Sequence record: ON165687.1
Strand: one strand, 5' to 3'
DNA: 32,000 nt
Origin: Sphaerotilus phage SN1
Positions 6,684-14,785 of the stretch are shown in pieces; within the stretch, counting starts at the first letter, position 1, and every line of letters begins with the position of its first letter. The position numbers and the translations under genes were made by a program. Under the pieces are notes generated by a model. It did no database searches. It was given only the letters and a program-made list of their open reading frames with translations, and had not been told where the DNA came from.

Positions 6684-8674
6684 GATGGTGGGTTCCCGTC
6701 CCAGCCCATGGAATGACCCCAGCTCTGCCCAATCTCCACGTCCACCTTTGACGGGAGTTCGAGCGGCGTGCACGTCCTCATGATGTGGGCGGCTTCCGCG
6801 GCCTCCTTCATGTCGTGTACGCTGAAGGCGATCTCATCGTGGACCTGGATGATGATGTCCAGTCCGGCTTCCGCGCAGGCCACCATCGCCATCTTGGTCT
6901 GGTCCGCGGAGGAGCCCTGAATCAGCCGGTTCAGTCCCTTGTGGGTCCAGTCATAGTTCCCGTCCTTGTCCTTCGGGAAGCGGCAACGGCGACCGCTCAG
7001 GGTCGTGATGTAGCCCACGGCCTTCGCCCGGGCTTCGCAAGCCTTCGCCAGCTTCTTGATGAACGGCACCTTGTGGTCGAAGGTGTCCAGGAGGGCCTGA
7101 CCCTCCGGCCCCGCGGCCTCGAACCTCCGCGCCCCTTCCGCGACCAGGCGCTGACCCTCCGGGCTGTTCACGTCGAACAGCTGGAAGCGGGGGCCGCGCA
7201 CGGCCATCATAGTCGGGAGCCCGAGCTTGCGGCACATCTTCGCCCCGCCCATCCCGTAGGACAGGCCCAGGTAGATTTCCTTGGCGTCCTTGCGCTTGAT
7301 CCCCGCCATGTCCGCCATCATCTGGTGGTTGTCGGTGTTCGGGTCGTTGCGGTACTTGTCCCGGGCTTCGATTGCGGACAGCCAGGCTTGGTGCCCAATC
7401 AGGTCCTTCGCCAAGCAGGCGTAGTGGACCGCCATGCGCGGCTCCTGCTGGCTGTAGTCGTTGGACGCCCAGTGTTGGCCTTCCTCCGGGAGGTAGATGG
7501 CCCGCCACATCATGGCGAACTCATCCCGAGCCGGTTGCTGCTGGAGGTTCGGGTGTTCGCTGGACAGTCGCCCGTAGGCAGCGCCCGCGGTCCCGTCGCT
7601 TTCGTCATCCTTCTGGCGGCGGAGCTGGTTGAACGTCCCGTGGAGGCGACCGTTCACCATGTGGTCCCGGACGGAGCTGGCGAAGGTCGTGCGCAGCTTG
7701 TTCACCTTCCGGGCGCGTTCGAGGAGGTCCGCCACGGGGTGGTCGATTGAGCCCAGCAGCTCCTTGTCGATGTTGGGCTTGCCCTGGGAGGTCTTGTTCA
7801 GCTTGATGCCGATGTGTTCGAGGGCGGGGGCGATCACCTCCGGCTTCCAGACATCGCCCACGGCGATCCGGTGGCCGGTGATCGACCGGACTTGGGCCAG
7901 GGCCTCCGTCTCCTTCTCCAGCGCCCAACGCTCAATCATGTCCAGGCGGTCGCAGTCGATTCGGACGCCCCGGCGGCGAAGGCCCGTGAGGATCGGGAGC
8001 AGCTTGGACTCCAGATTGTACACGCCCCAGAGGTCCTGATCATCAATCTCCCGCTCCTGACGGCGGAGGATGTTCAGAGGCAGGCGCGTGTCCTCCTCCG
8101 CGTACTTCCCGACAAACTTGGCCGGGAGCATCCACATGTCCTTCTTCGGGTCAATCCCATAATCGACCGCGGCGGCGCGCAGCAGGGCTTCGTCCTTGCC
8201 GTGGAAGCCCCACCGCTCCGCGATAGCTTGCATGCTGTAGCTGTCGTGGAGTTCGCAGATCAGCGGGTCAGCGATCTGGATGTCACGGAAGTAGCGGACC
8301 CGCTCGAACTCGATGCCGTCCCCGGCGAGGAAGTCCAGGTCATACGGGAGGTTGGCCCCCACGAGGTCGCCGGTGAACACCTTTGCCTGGGCGCGGAGGT
8401 AGGCCAGCACGCCCTCCAGCGGGAGGTTGCCCCCGCCTTCGTGTCTGATGGGCAAGTACCCGCCCGGGCCGTCCTCGATTGCGAAGCTGATGCCGGTGAT
8501 GTAGCTGTTCGGGCGACGGCCCGCCCCCGGTCCGAGTTTGCTCAGGTCCGGGTCCCGCGTCTCGCAGTCGATGGCGACCCGCTTGGCCCCCTCCCACGAG
8601 GGGAGGGTGTTGAGGTCCGGGGCCACCCAGTCGCTGGAGACGGTCGTGAACAGGGGTGGTTGGAGGTATGACAT
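6680..8674 (-). CDS. Family A DNA polymerase with 3'-5' exonuclease domain
   Basis: Exonuclease motif AIDCETRD. Polymerase motif A SNDYSQQEPRMAVHYA, motif B RKDAKEIYLGLSYGMG, motif C IIQVHDEIAFSV. Confidence 0.9.
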   Translation of the reverse strand: MSYLQPPLFTTVSSDWVAPDLNTLPSWEGAKRVAIDCETRDPDLSKLGPGAGRRPNSYITGISFAIEDGPGGYLPIRHEGGGNLPLEGVLAYLRAQAKVFTGDLVGANLPYDLDFLAGDGIEFERVRYFRDIQIADPLICELHDSYSMQAIAERWGFHGKDEALLRAAAVDYGIDPKKDMWMLPAKFVGKYAEEDTRLPLNILRRQEREIDDQDLWGVYNLESKLLPILTGLRRRGVRIDCDRLDMIERWALEKETEALAQVRSITGHRIAVGDVWKPEVIAPALEHIGIKLNKTSQGKPNIDKELLGSIDHPVADLLERARKVNKLRTTFASSVRDHMVNGRLHGTFNQLRRQKDDESDGTAGAAYGRLSSEHPNLQQQPARDEFAMMWRAIYLPEEGQHWASNDYSQQEPRMAVHYACLAKDLIGHQAWLSAIEARDKYRNDPNTDNHQMMADMAGIKRKDAKEIYLGLSYGMGGAKMCRKLGLPTMMAVRGPRFQLFDVNSPEGQRLVAEGARRFEAAGPEGQALLDTFDHKVPFIKKLAKACEARAKAVGYITTLSGRRCRFPKDKDGNYDWTHKGLNRLIQGSSADQTKMAMVACAEAGLDIIIQVHDEIAFSVHDMKEAAEAAHIMRTCTPLELPSKVDVEIGQSWGHSMGWDGNPPS

Positions 8675-9060
8675 CAGGCTCCGACCTCCTCAATCATCTT
8701 GCGCAGGAGGTTCAGGGCCGCGGTCAGCTCCGGGTCGGACTCCCAGAAGGTGAGGATGCGGACCACTTCGGCTTCGTCCTCCGTCAGCCCGTTCGCGGCG
8801 GCGAAGGCGTCCGGGGTAATGACCACGGGGGCGGAGCGGGGCAGCAGGACCCCGTTGCGGTACAGGTCCTGGACCTTCTCCACGTAGTGGATCGCCTTCT
8901 CAAGGTCCTGGCGCGGGTCCTCGTGCTTCTTGCGGTTGCGGGTCGCGTACTTGGTCGCGCAGCCTTCGGTGTAGCGGAGGCCGTTCAGCTCCACGTAGTC
9001 CCAGTGTTGAACGGGCGAGCGGTAGTGCTCACCGCCCACTTGCTTTTCGTTCACGCTCAT
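8674..9060 (-). CDS. DUF3310-type phage protein
   Basis: VGGEHYRSPVQHWDYVELNGLRYTEGCATKYATRNRKKHEDPRQDLEKAIHYVEKV matches the DUF3310 pattern (HY......W.....L.y..G.a.KY..R...K....DL.KA..Y). Confidence 0.75.
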   Translation of the reverse strand: MSVNEKQVGGEHYRSPVQHWDYVELNGLRYTEGCATKYATRNRKKHEDPRQDLEKAIHYVEKVQDLYRNGVLLPRSAPVVITPDAFAAANGLTEDEAEVVRILTFWESDPELTAALNLLRKMIEEVGA

Positions 9061-9256
9061 CTTGTAACTCCTTCATCAGTTCCCGGAGCCGGAGTGTCTG
9101 CTGGCGGTACAAGTACCCAAAACACCCGTGCTCCCCGTTCATCATGTCTGTATGGACCTTGCGGAGGTGCGCAGCGAGTTCTTCCACCGTGTCGAAGGCG
9201 TAGAACTTCAGCTGCGGGTCCTCCGCCCAATCACGTCGCAGCTTCTCCAAGTCCAT
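9029..9256 (-). CDS. Hypothetical protein
   Basis: MDLEKLRRDWAEDPQLKFYAFDTVEELAAHLRKVHTDMMNGEHGCFGYLYRQQ, likely start at 9256. Confidence 0.5.
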   Translation of the reverse strand: MDLEKLRRDWAEDPQLKFYAFDTVEELAAHLRKVHTDMMNGEHGCFGYLYRQQTLRLRELMKELQDERERKASGR

Positions 9257-9866
9257 CGCGCACCACCTCCTCGAAGAAGTCCGAGAGACGGCGATGCGGC
9301 TGGTGCTTCGCTGCCACGTAGAAGGCACGGACGGGTTCGGGCAGGCTACCCTCCAGGCCCCGCTTCTCCGTCACCGCCTCGCATGCCCTCCGCATGGCCG
9401 TGACCGCTTCGTTGCCCAGGGCTTCTTCCTCCCGGCACCACAGCCACAATTCGAGGGTGTCCACGGCCTTCAACCAGTCCTCCTCGTCAGGGAGAAGGCC
9501 CGGGAGCAGGCCCAGGGTCGCCAGCACGCGGCGTTCCGCCTCCTCATACACCTTCCCGAGTTCGGAGTGGGTCCACTTCGCCGGGGCCGGTATGTCGCCC
9601 AACCAACGCTCCGCGCAGTCGTGCCACTGGACCGCCTTGATCAGGTTCAGCGACGGGTGCGGGTGGAGCAGCAGCAGGAGGCTCACGGCCCCGTAGCTGT
9701 GCTGGGCGATGTTGTACTGACCGTGGTGCGGAACGATGTGGCACCGGCGGACCGTCCCGGCCTCCCGGGTCGCGGCGATCCGGGTCAGGAGCGGGCGGGC
9801 GGCGCGGCGGTTCAGTTCCTCCGCCTCGCGCTCCTCGTCATGAATCTTGCTCATCAGGCTTCCCAT
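9231..9866 (-). CDS. HD-domain hydrolase, YfbR/5'-deoxynucleotidase-like
   Basis: QYNIAQHSYGAVSLLLLLHPHPSLNLIKAVQWHDCAERWLGDIPAPAK contains the H...HD pattern seen in nucleotidase-type HD proteins. Confidence 0.7.
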   Translation of the reverse strand: MGSLMSKIHDEEREAEELNRRAARPLLTRIAATREAGTVRRCHIVPHHGQYNIAQHSYGAVSLLLLLHPHPSLNLIKAVQWHDCAERWLGDIPAPAKWTHSELGKVYEEAERRVLATLGLLPGLLPDEEDWLKAVDTLELWLWCREEEALGNEAVTAMRRACEAVTEKRGLEGSLPEPVRAFYVAAKHQPHRRLSDFFEEVVRDGLGEAAT

Positions 9867-9878
9867 TGTTGCGTCTCC

Positions 9879-10934
9879 TCACTCATACGCCACGCCATCG
9901 TCCATCGCCCGGGCCTTGCGAGCCTCGAAGGCGGCGCGGCGGCGTTCGATCCATTCCACCCCGGCCAGCTTCCAGTCGGTGGCGGCGACGTTGTCCAGCT
10001 CCGCCAAGGCGGCGTCGAAGCGGGAGGGGTTGGAGGTCTGCTTGAAAGCCTGGTGGGCCTTCAGCATCGGGATCGCCACGCGACGGAAGAACGGGTCACG
10101 GAAGCCCACGGCGTCCGGCTCGCTCAGGAACATCATCAGCTCCTGGTTCCACTCCTCCGGGTCCGTGGACATCAGCGGGTAGGGCTCCGCGATCCCGGCG
10201 GCGTAGGGGTCGGGCGTCTCCTTCCCGGTCATTGGGTTGGCGGCGAGGTCCGCGAGCGGGGCGACCTTGCCCAGCACCTCCTCATAGGCGTGGAAGTTGG
10301 CGCTGACTTGGCGGTAGATGCCTTGTTCCACCCCGACACTCCGGGCGACGTACTCATGGAGGTAGCTGAAGTGGACCGCGTTTGCCCCGTAGGCTCCCCA
10401 GATCAGGTCGTTGGAGCGGTTGGTCACAGTCATGTCCAGGCGACCGTCGCAGGCGATCTGGAAGATGGCCTGAAGGTTGCACGGGAGGTCCTTGCCTTGG
10501 CGGCCCAGGTCCGCGTCCGCGTCCCACATCGACAGGACCTGGCGGCGGTCATCGCGGTTCGCCTTCAGGGCGGCGATGATCTTGGGCAGCTGGTCCTCGA
10601 AGAAGTGCTGGCGCCAGCGGAAGCCGTAGGCCCCGTGGAAGGTCAGGCCGTCATCCGAGTAGCTGCGCATGCGATCCACGAAGCGGGCGACGTACTCCAC
10701 GTCATTGCGTCCGCCCAGCATCCAGAGGCTTTCCATCAGGTGGAAGAAGGGGTTGGCGTCCCGTTCCGCCCAGAACAGCACGCGCTCCGCCGGGCGGAGG
10801 TACACGGTGGTGACGGGTTCCGGGAACATGAACACGGGGCCGTTGCGCGAGTCACGGCGGACGCCCTCGAAGGACAGTTGATACAGGGCCTCCGGGAGGG
10901 CCTGTTGTACGTTGCGGGTCTTGATGACTTTCAT
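9879..10934 (-). CDS. Divergent thymidylate synthase-family protein, candidate dUMP hydroxymethylase
   Basis: FHLMESLWMLGGRNDVEYVARFV, YGFRWR, DDRRQVLSMWD, LPCNLQAIFQI (catalytic Cys) and RSNDLIWGAYGANAVHFSYL. Start MKVIKTRNVQQ at 10934. Confidence 0.8.
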   Translation of the reverse strand: MKVIKTRNVQQALPEALYQLSFEGVRRDSRNGPVFMFPEPVTTVYLRPAERVLFWAERDANPFFHLMESLWMLGGRNDVEYVARFVDRMRSYSDDGLTFHGAYGFRWRQHFFEDQLPKIIAALKANRDDRRQVLSMWDADADLGRQGKDLPCNLQAIFQIACDGRLDMTVTNRSNDLIWGAYGANAVHFSYLHEYVARSVGVEQGIYRQVSANFHAYEEVLGKVAPLADLAANPMTGKETPDPYAAGIAEPYPLMSTDPEEWNQELMMFLSEPDAVGFRDPFFRRVAIPMLKAHQAFKQTSNPSRFDAALAELDNVAATDWKLAGVEWIERRRAAFEARKARAMDDGVAYE

Positions 10935-11044
10935 TTCTTGTTGAACTCCACGAAGATGACGTTGCCGGTCCGGCGAAGGACGCGGGGGCGAGGGAGCCAG
11001 ACCAACCACCAGCTCCAGTACCACCAGAACGGCGAGAAGATCAT
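10931..11044 (-). CDS. Trp-rich micro-ORF (37 aa) coupled to the ThyA-family gene
   Basis: Manual translation from ATG at 11044 after AACAGGAGGGGGCC gives MIFSPFWWYWSWWLVWLPRPRVLRRTGNVIFVEFNKK*. Its TGA overlaps the downstream ATG (ATGA). Confidence 0.45.
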   Translation of the reverse strand: MIFSPFWWYWSWWLVWLPRPRVLRRTGNVIFVEFNKK

Positions 11045-11056
11045 GGCCCCCTCCTG

Positions 11057-11617
11057 TTAAGCCGAAGCGGTCTGCGGCGGAAGGCCCAGGCGGGCGTTCA
11101 GGTCCTTGATCGGCAGCGCGATAGCCCGGGACGGCGATTCAACCGCGAAGGGGCGGGCGAACTGCTCCACCTCCGGCCAGACCTGAATCAGCTTGTTGAC
11201 CGTGGTCACGCTTTCGAGGACGGCCCAGGCTCCGGTCTTGGCCTCCTCCCGCTCGCGCTTGAACTGGGCGCGGTCCTTCAGGTAGGTGCGCAGCTTCTCG
11301 CCCAGCGGGTGGTCCGCGTTATAGACCTTGCCGGGGTTCGAGGCCCAGCAATCGGCCACGCGCTTCTTCTCCGGGAGGTCCAGCGAGTGGTAGGACTCCC
11401 CGACCACCTGGACGCGGATGCTGCTGCGGACTTCGAGGAAGCCGTTGGGCAGGGCGTACATGTGGGCGCGGATCGCCTCCGGGTACAGGTCGTTGTAGAA
11501 CTCCAGCGCCAGCTCCTTCTCGCGGGCGTCCAGGGCCTTCTCACGGTCGGAGAAGGAGTGGGCGAGGATCGCGTCACGGACCTGCTCGCGGATGTAATTG
11601 GACAGACGTACAGCCAT
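11057..11617 (-). CDS. Nmad5-like (nucleotide-modification-associated) protein
   Basis: MAVRLSNYIREQVRDAILAHSFSDREKALDAREKELALEFYNDLYP...LPNGFLEVRSSIRVQV, located inside the modification cluster. Family assignment is from memory and tentative. Confidence 0.45.
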   Translation of the reverse strand: MAVRLSNYIREQVRDAILAHSFSDREKALDAREKELALEFYNDLYPEAIRAHMYALPNGFLEVRSSIRVQVVGESYHSLDLPEKKRVADCWASNPGKVYNADHPLGEKLRTYLKDRAQFKREREEAKTGAWAVLESVTTVNKLIQVWPEVEQFARPFAVESPSRAIALPIKDLNARLGLPPQTASA

Positions 11618-11672
11618 GATGGTTTCTCCATTTCGTTGATGCCGCCGGAATGGTCCGGCGGCGAGGTTTCGA

Positions 11673-12644
11673 TCAGGCGAGGGTGGTTGCCTTGCGCCAG
11701 TCATACTTCGAGCGCATCTTGCCTTCGTTCAGGCGCACGCGCTCATACTTGTCGAACTCGCACAGCGTGTGTTCGATGTCCCGGGCCTCGAACCGCGGCC
11801 CCACGTGCGGGCTCCCGAGCTGCGGCGGTCCGAAGGTTTCGTTGAAGCCCCGGGCGTCCAGGGCGTTCAGCTCCCGCATCAGCTCGATCATTTCCGCGTT
11901 CGTCTGCTCCGGGCGGGGCTTCGCGGCGAGGTCGCGCCCATACAGGCGGTTGAGCCCGCGGATCGCCCCGGGACCGGCGTTGGCCCAAGCCCAGATGTCC
12001 GGGGCGTTGCGCAGGTAGCGGGTGTGGCGGAGGTCGGTCACCACCTCATAGGCCATGAACGGACCCCAGCCGATGTAGCGGGGCTGCTGGAACTTCTCCC
12101 AGACGGTTTCGAGCCGGTTGAAGGACCGGAGGACGCCCGGAGTGGTTTCCAGCATCCGCTGCCATTCCTCGCGGTCCTCCCAGAGACGGCCCAGGACAAT
12201 CTCCGCGATGTAGCGGTGCTTGGTCCAGCTGTACCACTCCTTGGAGGGGTCGGACTCCGCGCGGATCATGTAGGCTCCGGTGTACACCTTATCGCCGCGG
12301 ACGGCGCGGTGCTCCAGAGCGGTCGTGAGCCAGGAAGGCTCGAAGTCAGGGTTGTCGGGCCACTGCTTGGTCTGGATCAGCTCCGCGAGGGTATCCGGCC
12401 AGTTGATGTAGCGGGCGATGGCGAGCATGAACCAGAGGTGCGGGTGGTCCGCGTAGGGCTGACGGATATGCTTGTCAACCCAGATCGTCACCGTGTCCAG
12501 CTCCCGGAAGATGTTGCAGAACCGCCCATCACGCAGAACCGGGTCCGCGGTCCAGGGGCCGGGCTTCCCGGCCTTGCGGTCCAGGTAGATGTCGTGGCGA
12601 GCCTTCATGAAGGCGGCGATGTCGTTGATGCGCGGGGTGGTCAT
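11673..12644 (-). CDS. aGPT-PPlase1 / 5-hmdU DNA kinase helical-domain-like protein
   Basis: FMKARHDIYLDRKAGKPGPWTADPVLRDGRFCNIFRELDTVTIWVDKHIRQPY plus C-terminal SPHVGPRFEARDIEHTLCEFDKYERVRLNEGKMRSKY. Start MTTPRIND at 12644. Confidence 0.8.
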   Translation of the reverse strand: MTTPRINDIAAFMKARHDIYLDRKAGKPGPWTADPVLRDGRFCNIFRELDTVTIWVDKHIRQPYADHPHLWFMLAIARYINWPDTLAELIQTKQWPDNPDFEPSWLTTALEHRAVRGDKVYTGAYMIRAESDPSKEWYSWTKHRYIAEIVLGRLWEDREEWQRMLETTPGVLRSFNRLETVWEKFQQPRYIGWGPFMAYEVVTDLRHTRYLRNAPDIWAWANAGPGAIRGLNRLYGRDLAAKPRPEQTNAEMIELMRELNALDARGFNETFGPPQLGSPHVGPRFEARDIEHTLCEFDKYERVRLNEGKMRSKYDWRKATTLA

Positions 12645-12655
12645 AGTCGGGGTCC

Positions 12656-13219
12656 TCAGCCCAAGTTCTCGATGACGGCCTTGATGTCCTTCAGGGCCGT
12701 CTCCCAGTGGATGTCGCGGACCGTCTCGCCGTCCGCCAGGGCCTTCTCGCGGACCCGGGCGATGGTGCGGTGCTTGTCGGCCACCTGGTCCTCCTTGATG
12801 GGCTTCCCGCCGTTGCGCTCCTGGATGCGCTTCAGGCAGACTTCGAGCGGCGTGTCCAGGAAGGCCCAGATCATTCCGCCGTTCGCCTTCGACCACTCCT
12901 GCCACGGACCGTAGATGGTACTGACCACCACGCCCTCGAACAGGACCGCCTTCACGTCCGGGTCCCGCCCAACCAGCTCCGCGACGGCCTTGGCCGCGGC
13001 TTGGGTCTTGATCCGGTCCAGACCGGCGGTGGTCGCTCCGGCGGCGGCGGGGGTGTAGTCCCCGATGATGGCGATGCCGCCCGGGGCATACGTCACCGGG
13101 ATCGGCTTGTGGTCCGGGACGATGACGTTGATGACGCGGCACAGCGGATCGCGGGCCAGGCTGCGCAGCAGGGTAGTCTTGCCGGAGCCGTTACAGCCCC
13201 GCACGTTGATGTACTTCAT
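12656..13219 (-). CDS. P-loop kinase, candidate kinase half of 5-hmdU DNA kinase
   Basis: MKYINVRGCNGSGKTTLLRSL (Walker A GCNGSGKT), AVLFEGVVVSTIYGPW, FLDTPLEVCLKRIQERNGGK. Directly upstream of the helical-domain gene. Confidence 0.8.
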   Translation of the reverse strand: MKYINVRGCNGSGKTTLLRSLARDPLCRVINVIVPDHKPIPVTYAPGGIAIIGDYTPAAAGATTAGLDRIKTQAAAKAVAELVGRDPDVKAVLFEGVVVSTIYGPWQEWSKANGGMIWAFLDTPLEVCLKRIQERNGGKPIKEDQVADKHRTIARVREKALADGETVRDIHWETALKDIKAVIENLG

Positions 13220-13273
13220 CTTGGTTCTCCATTTCAGTTGAAAACGGCGGAGCCGGAGCCCCGCCCGGGTTGC

Positions 13274-14716
13274 TCAGTCAATCTGCGTGATCGGGATGAT
13301 CTTGCGCTCGCCGCCGTCCTCCTCCGGCGGGGTCGGTTCCACGATCTTCTTGAAGTCGGGCGAGCGCAGAGCCTTCGCCGCCCCGAACAGCTCCGAACCG
13401 CAGCGGGGCTTGCCCTCGTTGTCGTCCGCGCAGTGGAGACAGCCGGTGGGGGCGCACTCCTTGACCTCCTGGAAGGGCTGGCCCAGATCGGTCCGGGTGA
13501 ACATCGGGACGCGCTGGCCGTGGCACTGGTCCGCGGTGATCATTTCACGGCCCATCGAAAGCCAGGCCGGTTCGCCGGTTCCGGGCTTCCCGCGGCGGTA
13601 CTCATAGCACGTCGCGTAGGTCATGCCCAGCTCCGTCGCCCACTTCCGGTACAGCTGGTGGGCTTCGACCCGGTACGGCTCCGCGATGGTCTTTTGGGCT
13701 CCGGCCTGATTCTCCGTGAACAGGTCGGTGAAGGCTTTGGTGCGCTCCGGGCCGAACCGCTTGTGGAGGCGTTCGATCATCGCCGGTGCCCAGCTGTAGC
13801 CAGCCTCGACAAACTTCACGATCACGTGGTTGTTTCCGACCGCGGCCAGGCGCTCGAACAGGTGGCGGATGTCATCATGGGTCACGATCCCCGGGACCAC
13901 CGGATTGACCTGAATGGACGTGTAGATGCCCTGACGGCGCAGCTCCGCGATTTCGTCAATATGGTCCTGGAGGGAAATGGCCCCGGGGGACAGCTTGTGC
14001 CAGTCGCGGTCGTTGCCGGTGTTCAGCGACTTCTGGGCGTAGCTGTAGGGGTTCCGCTTCAGGAGGTCGATGGCCCAGGACGGGTAGCTGAGACGGCTCA
14101 GGAAGAAGATGGGCAGGCCCAACTCCACGAAGGCTTCCGCCCCCTGCTGGGTGTTGTGGTACACGTCCTCAATCGGCAGGAAGGGGTCCGTGAAGCTGGA
14201 GAAGTAGCCCGCGGCGGAGGTCCGGGACTTCGAGAGCATGTTGCGGACCTGCTCGCCGTAGTTCACCGGGACGCTGATGAGGCCGGTGCCGCGGTAGCCC
14301 CGGAACCCGCTGTTGACATAGCAGAAGGCGCAACCCACGGTGCAGTAGCCCCCATAAGGCTCCGTCAGGATCGCCTCGCTGAAGCAGGGGCGGGCGCGGG
14401 AACCTCGCTTGTCGTTGTGCTTGTCCTGGTACCAGCCCTGAAGGGGCTTGGCGTTCGGGATGCGGATGTGCGGGAGGTAGGTGACGTCATTGAAGCCAAG
14501 ATACACCTTGACCTCCTTCTTGTCTTCATCCTTCGCGTTGCGGACCATCCCCACCTTCGCCATGCGGAACTTCGCGCGCATGCCGGTCAGCGGGTCATCC
14601 TCCTCCTCGATTGGGCCCAGGAACTCCCGTTGGTTCGGGTCCGGGCGCATGAAATACTTGTAAGCCTCCTGAGCGGCTTCGCCGGTTTCCTCATTCAGCC
14701 AGGCTGCGTGGTCCAT
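13274..14716 (-). CDS. Radical SAM enzyme of the thymidine hypermodification cluster
   Basis: GGYCTVGCAFCYVNSGFRGYRG is a canonical CxxxCxxC site, with SPL-like context (SSFTDPFLPIEDVYHNT). Start ATG at 14716 after GAGGAGAACCAC. Confidence 0.9.
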   Translation of the reverse strand: MDHAAWLNEETGEAAQEAYKYFMRPDPNQREFLGPIEEEDDPLTGMRAKFRMAKVGMVRNAKDEDKKEVKVYLGFNDVTYLPHIRIPNAKPLQGWYQDKHNDKRGSRARPCFSEAILTEPYGGYCTVGCAFCYVNSGFRGYRGTGLISVPVNYGEQVRNMLSKSRTSAAGYFSSFTDPFLPIEDVYHNTQQGAEAFVELGLPIFFLSRLSYPSWAIDLLKRNPYSYAQKSLNTGNDRDWHKLSPGAISLQDHIDEIAELRRQGIYTSIQVNPVVPGIVTHDDIRHLFERLAAVGNNHVIVKFVEAGYSWAPAMIERLHKRFGPERTKAFTDLFTENQAGAQKTIAEPYRVEAHQLYRKWATELGMTYATCYEYRRGKPGTGEPAWLSMGREMITADQCHGQRVPMFTRTDLGQPFQEVKECAPTGCLHCADDNEGKPRCGSELFGAAKALRSPDFKKIVEPTPPEEDGGERKIIPITQID

Positions 14717-14742
14717 GTGGTTCTCCTCATTACGTGTGAAAA

Positions 14743-14771
14743 AGTCTAGTGCCTTCCTCCGAAGAAGTAAA
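14743..14771 (-). promoter_or_regulatory. Promoter-like element P3, upstream of the radical SAM gene
   Basis: Minus strand reads TTTACT-17 nt-TAGACT then TTTTTCACACG, with shared CTTTACTTCTTCGG block. Confidence 0.7.
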
Positions 14772-14785
14772 GCACTATGCGTTGG

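Noticed and set aside
9294-11060. Long plus-strand ORFs (e.g. 9294..11060 588 aa, 20029..21471 480 aa, 2087..3121 344 aa, 26930..28276 448 aa)
   Set aside because: They lie antisense to genes with clear enzyme or tail motifs, show low-complexity Arg/Leu/Val-rich translations without recognisable domains, and are expected shadows of a GC-rich coding strand.
11743-11988. Alternative-frame minus-strand ORFs such as 11743..11988, 19677..19931 and 25254..25877
   Set aside because: They overlap confidently assigned genes in another frame or cover the repeat-rich intergenic gap, and show no protein-like conservation signals or convincing start context.
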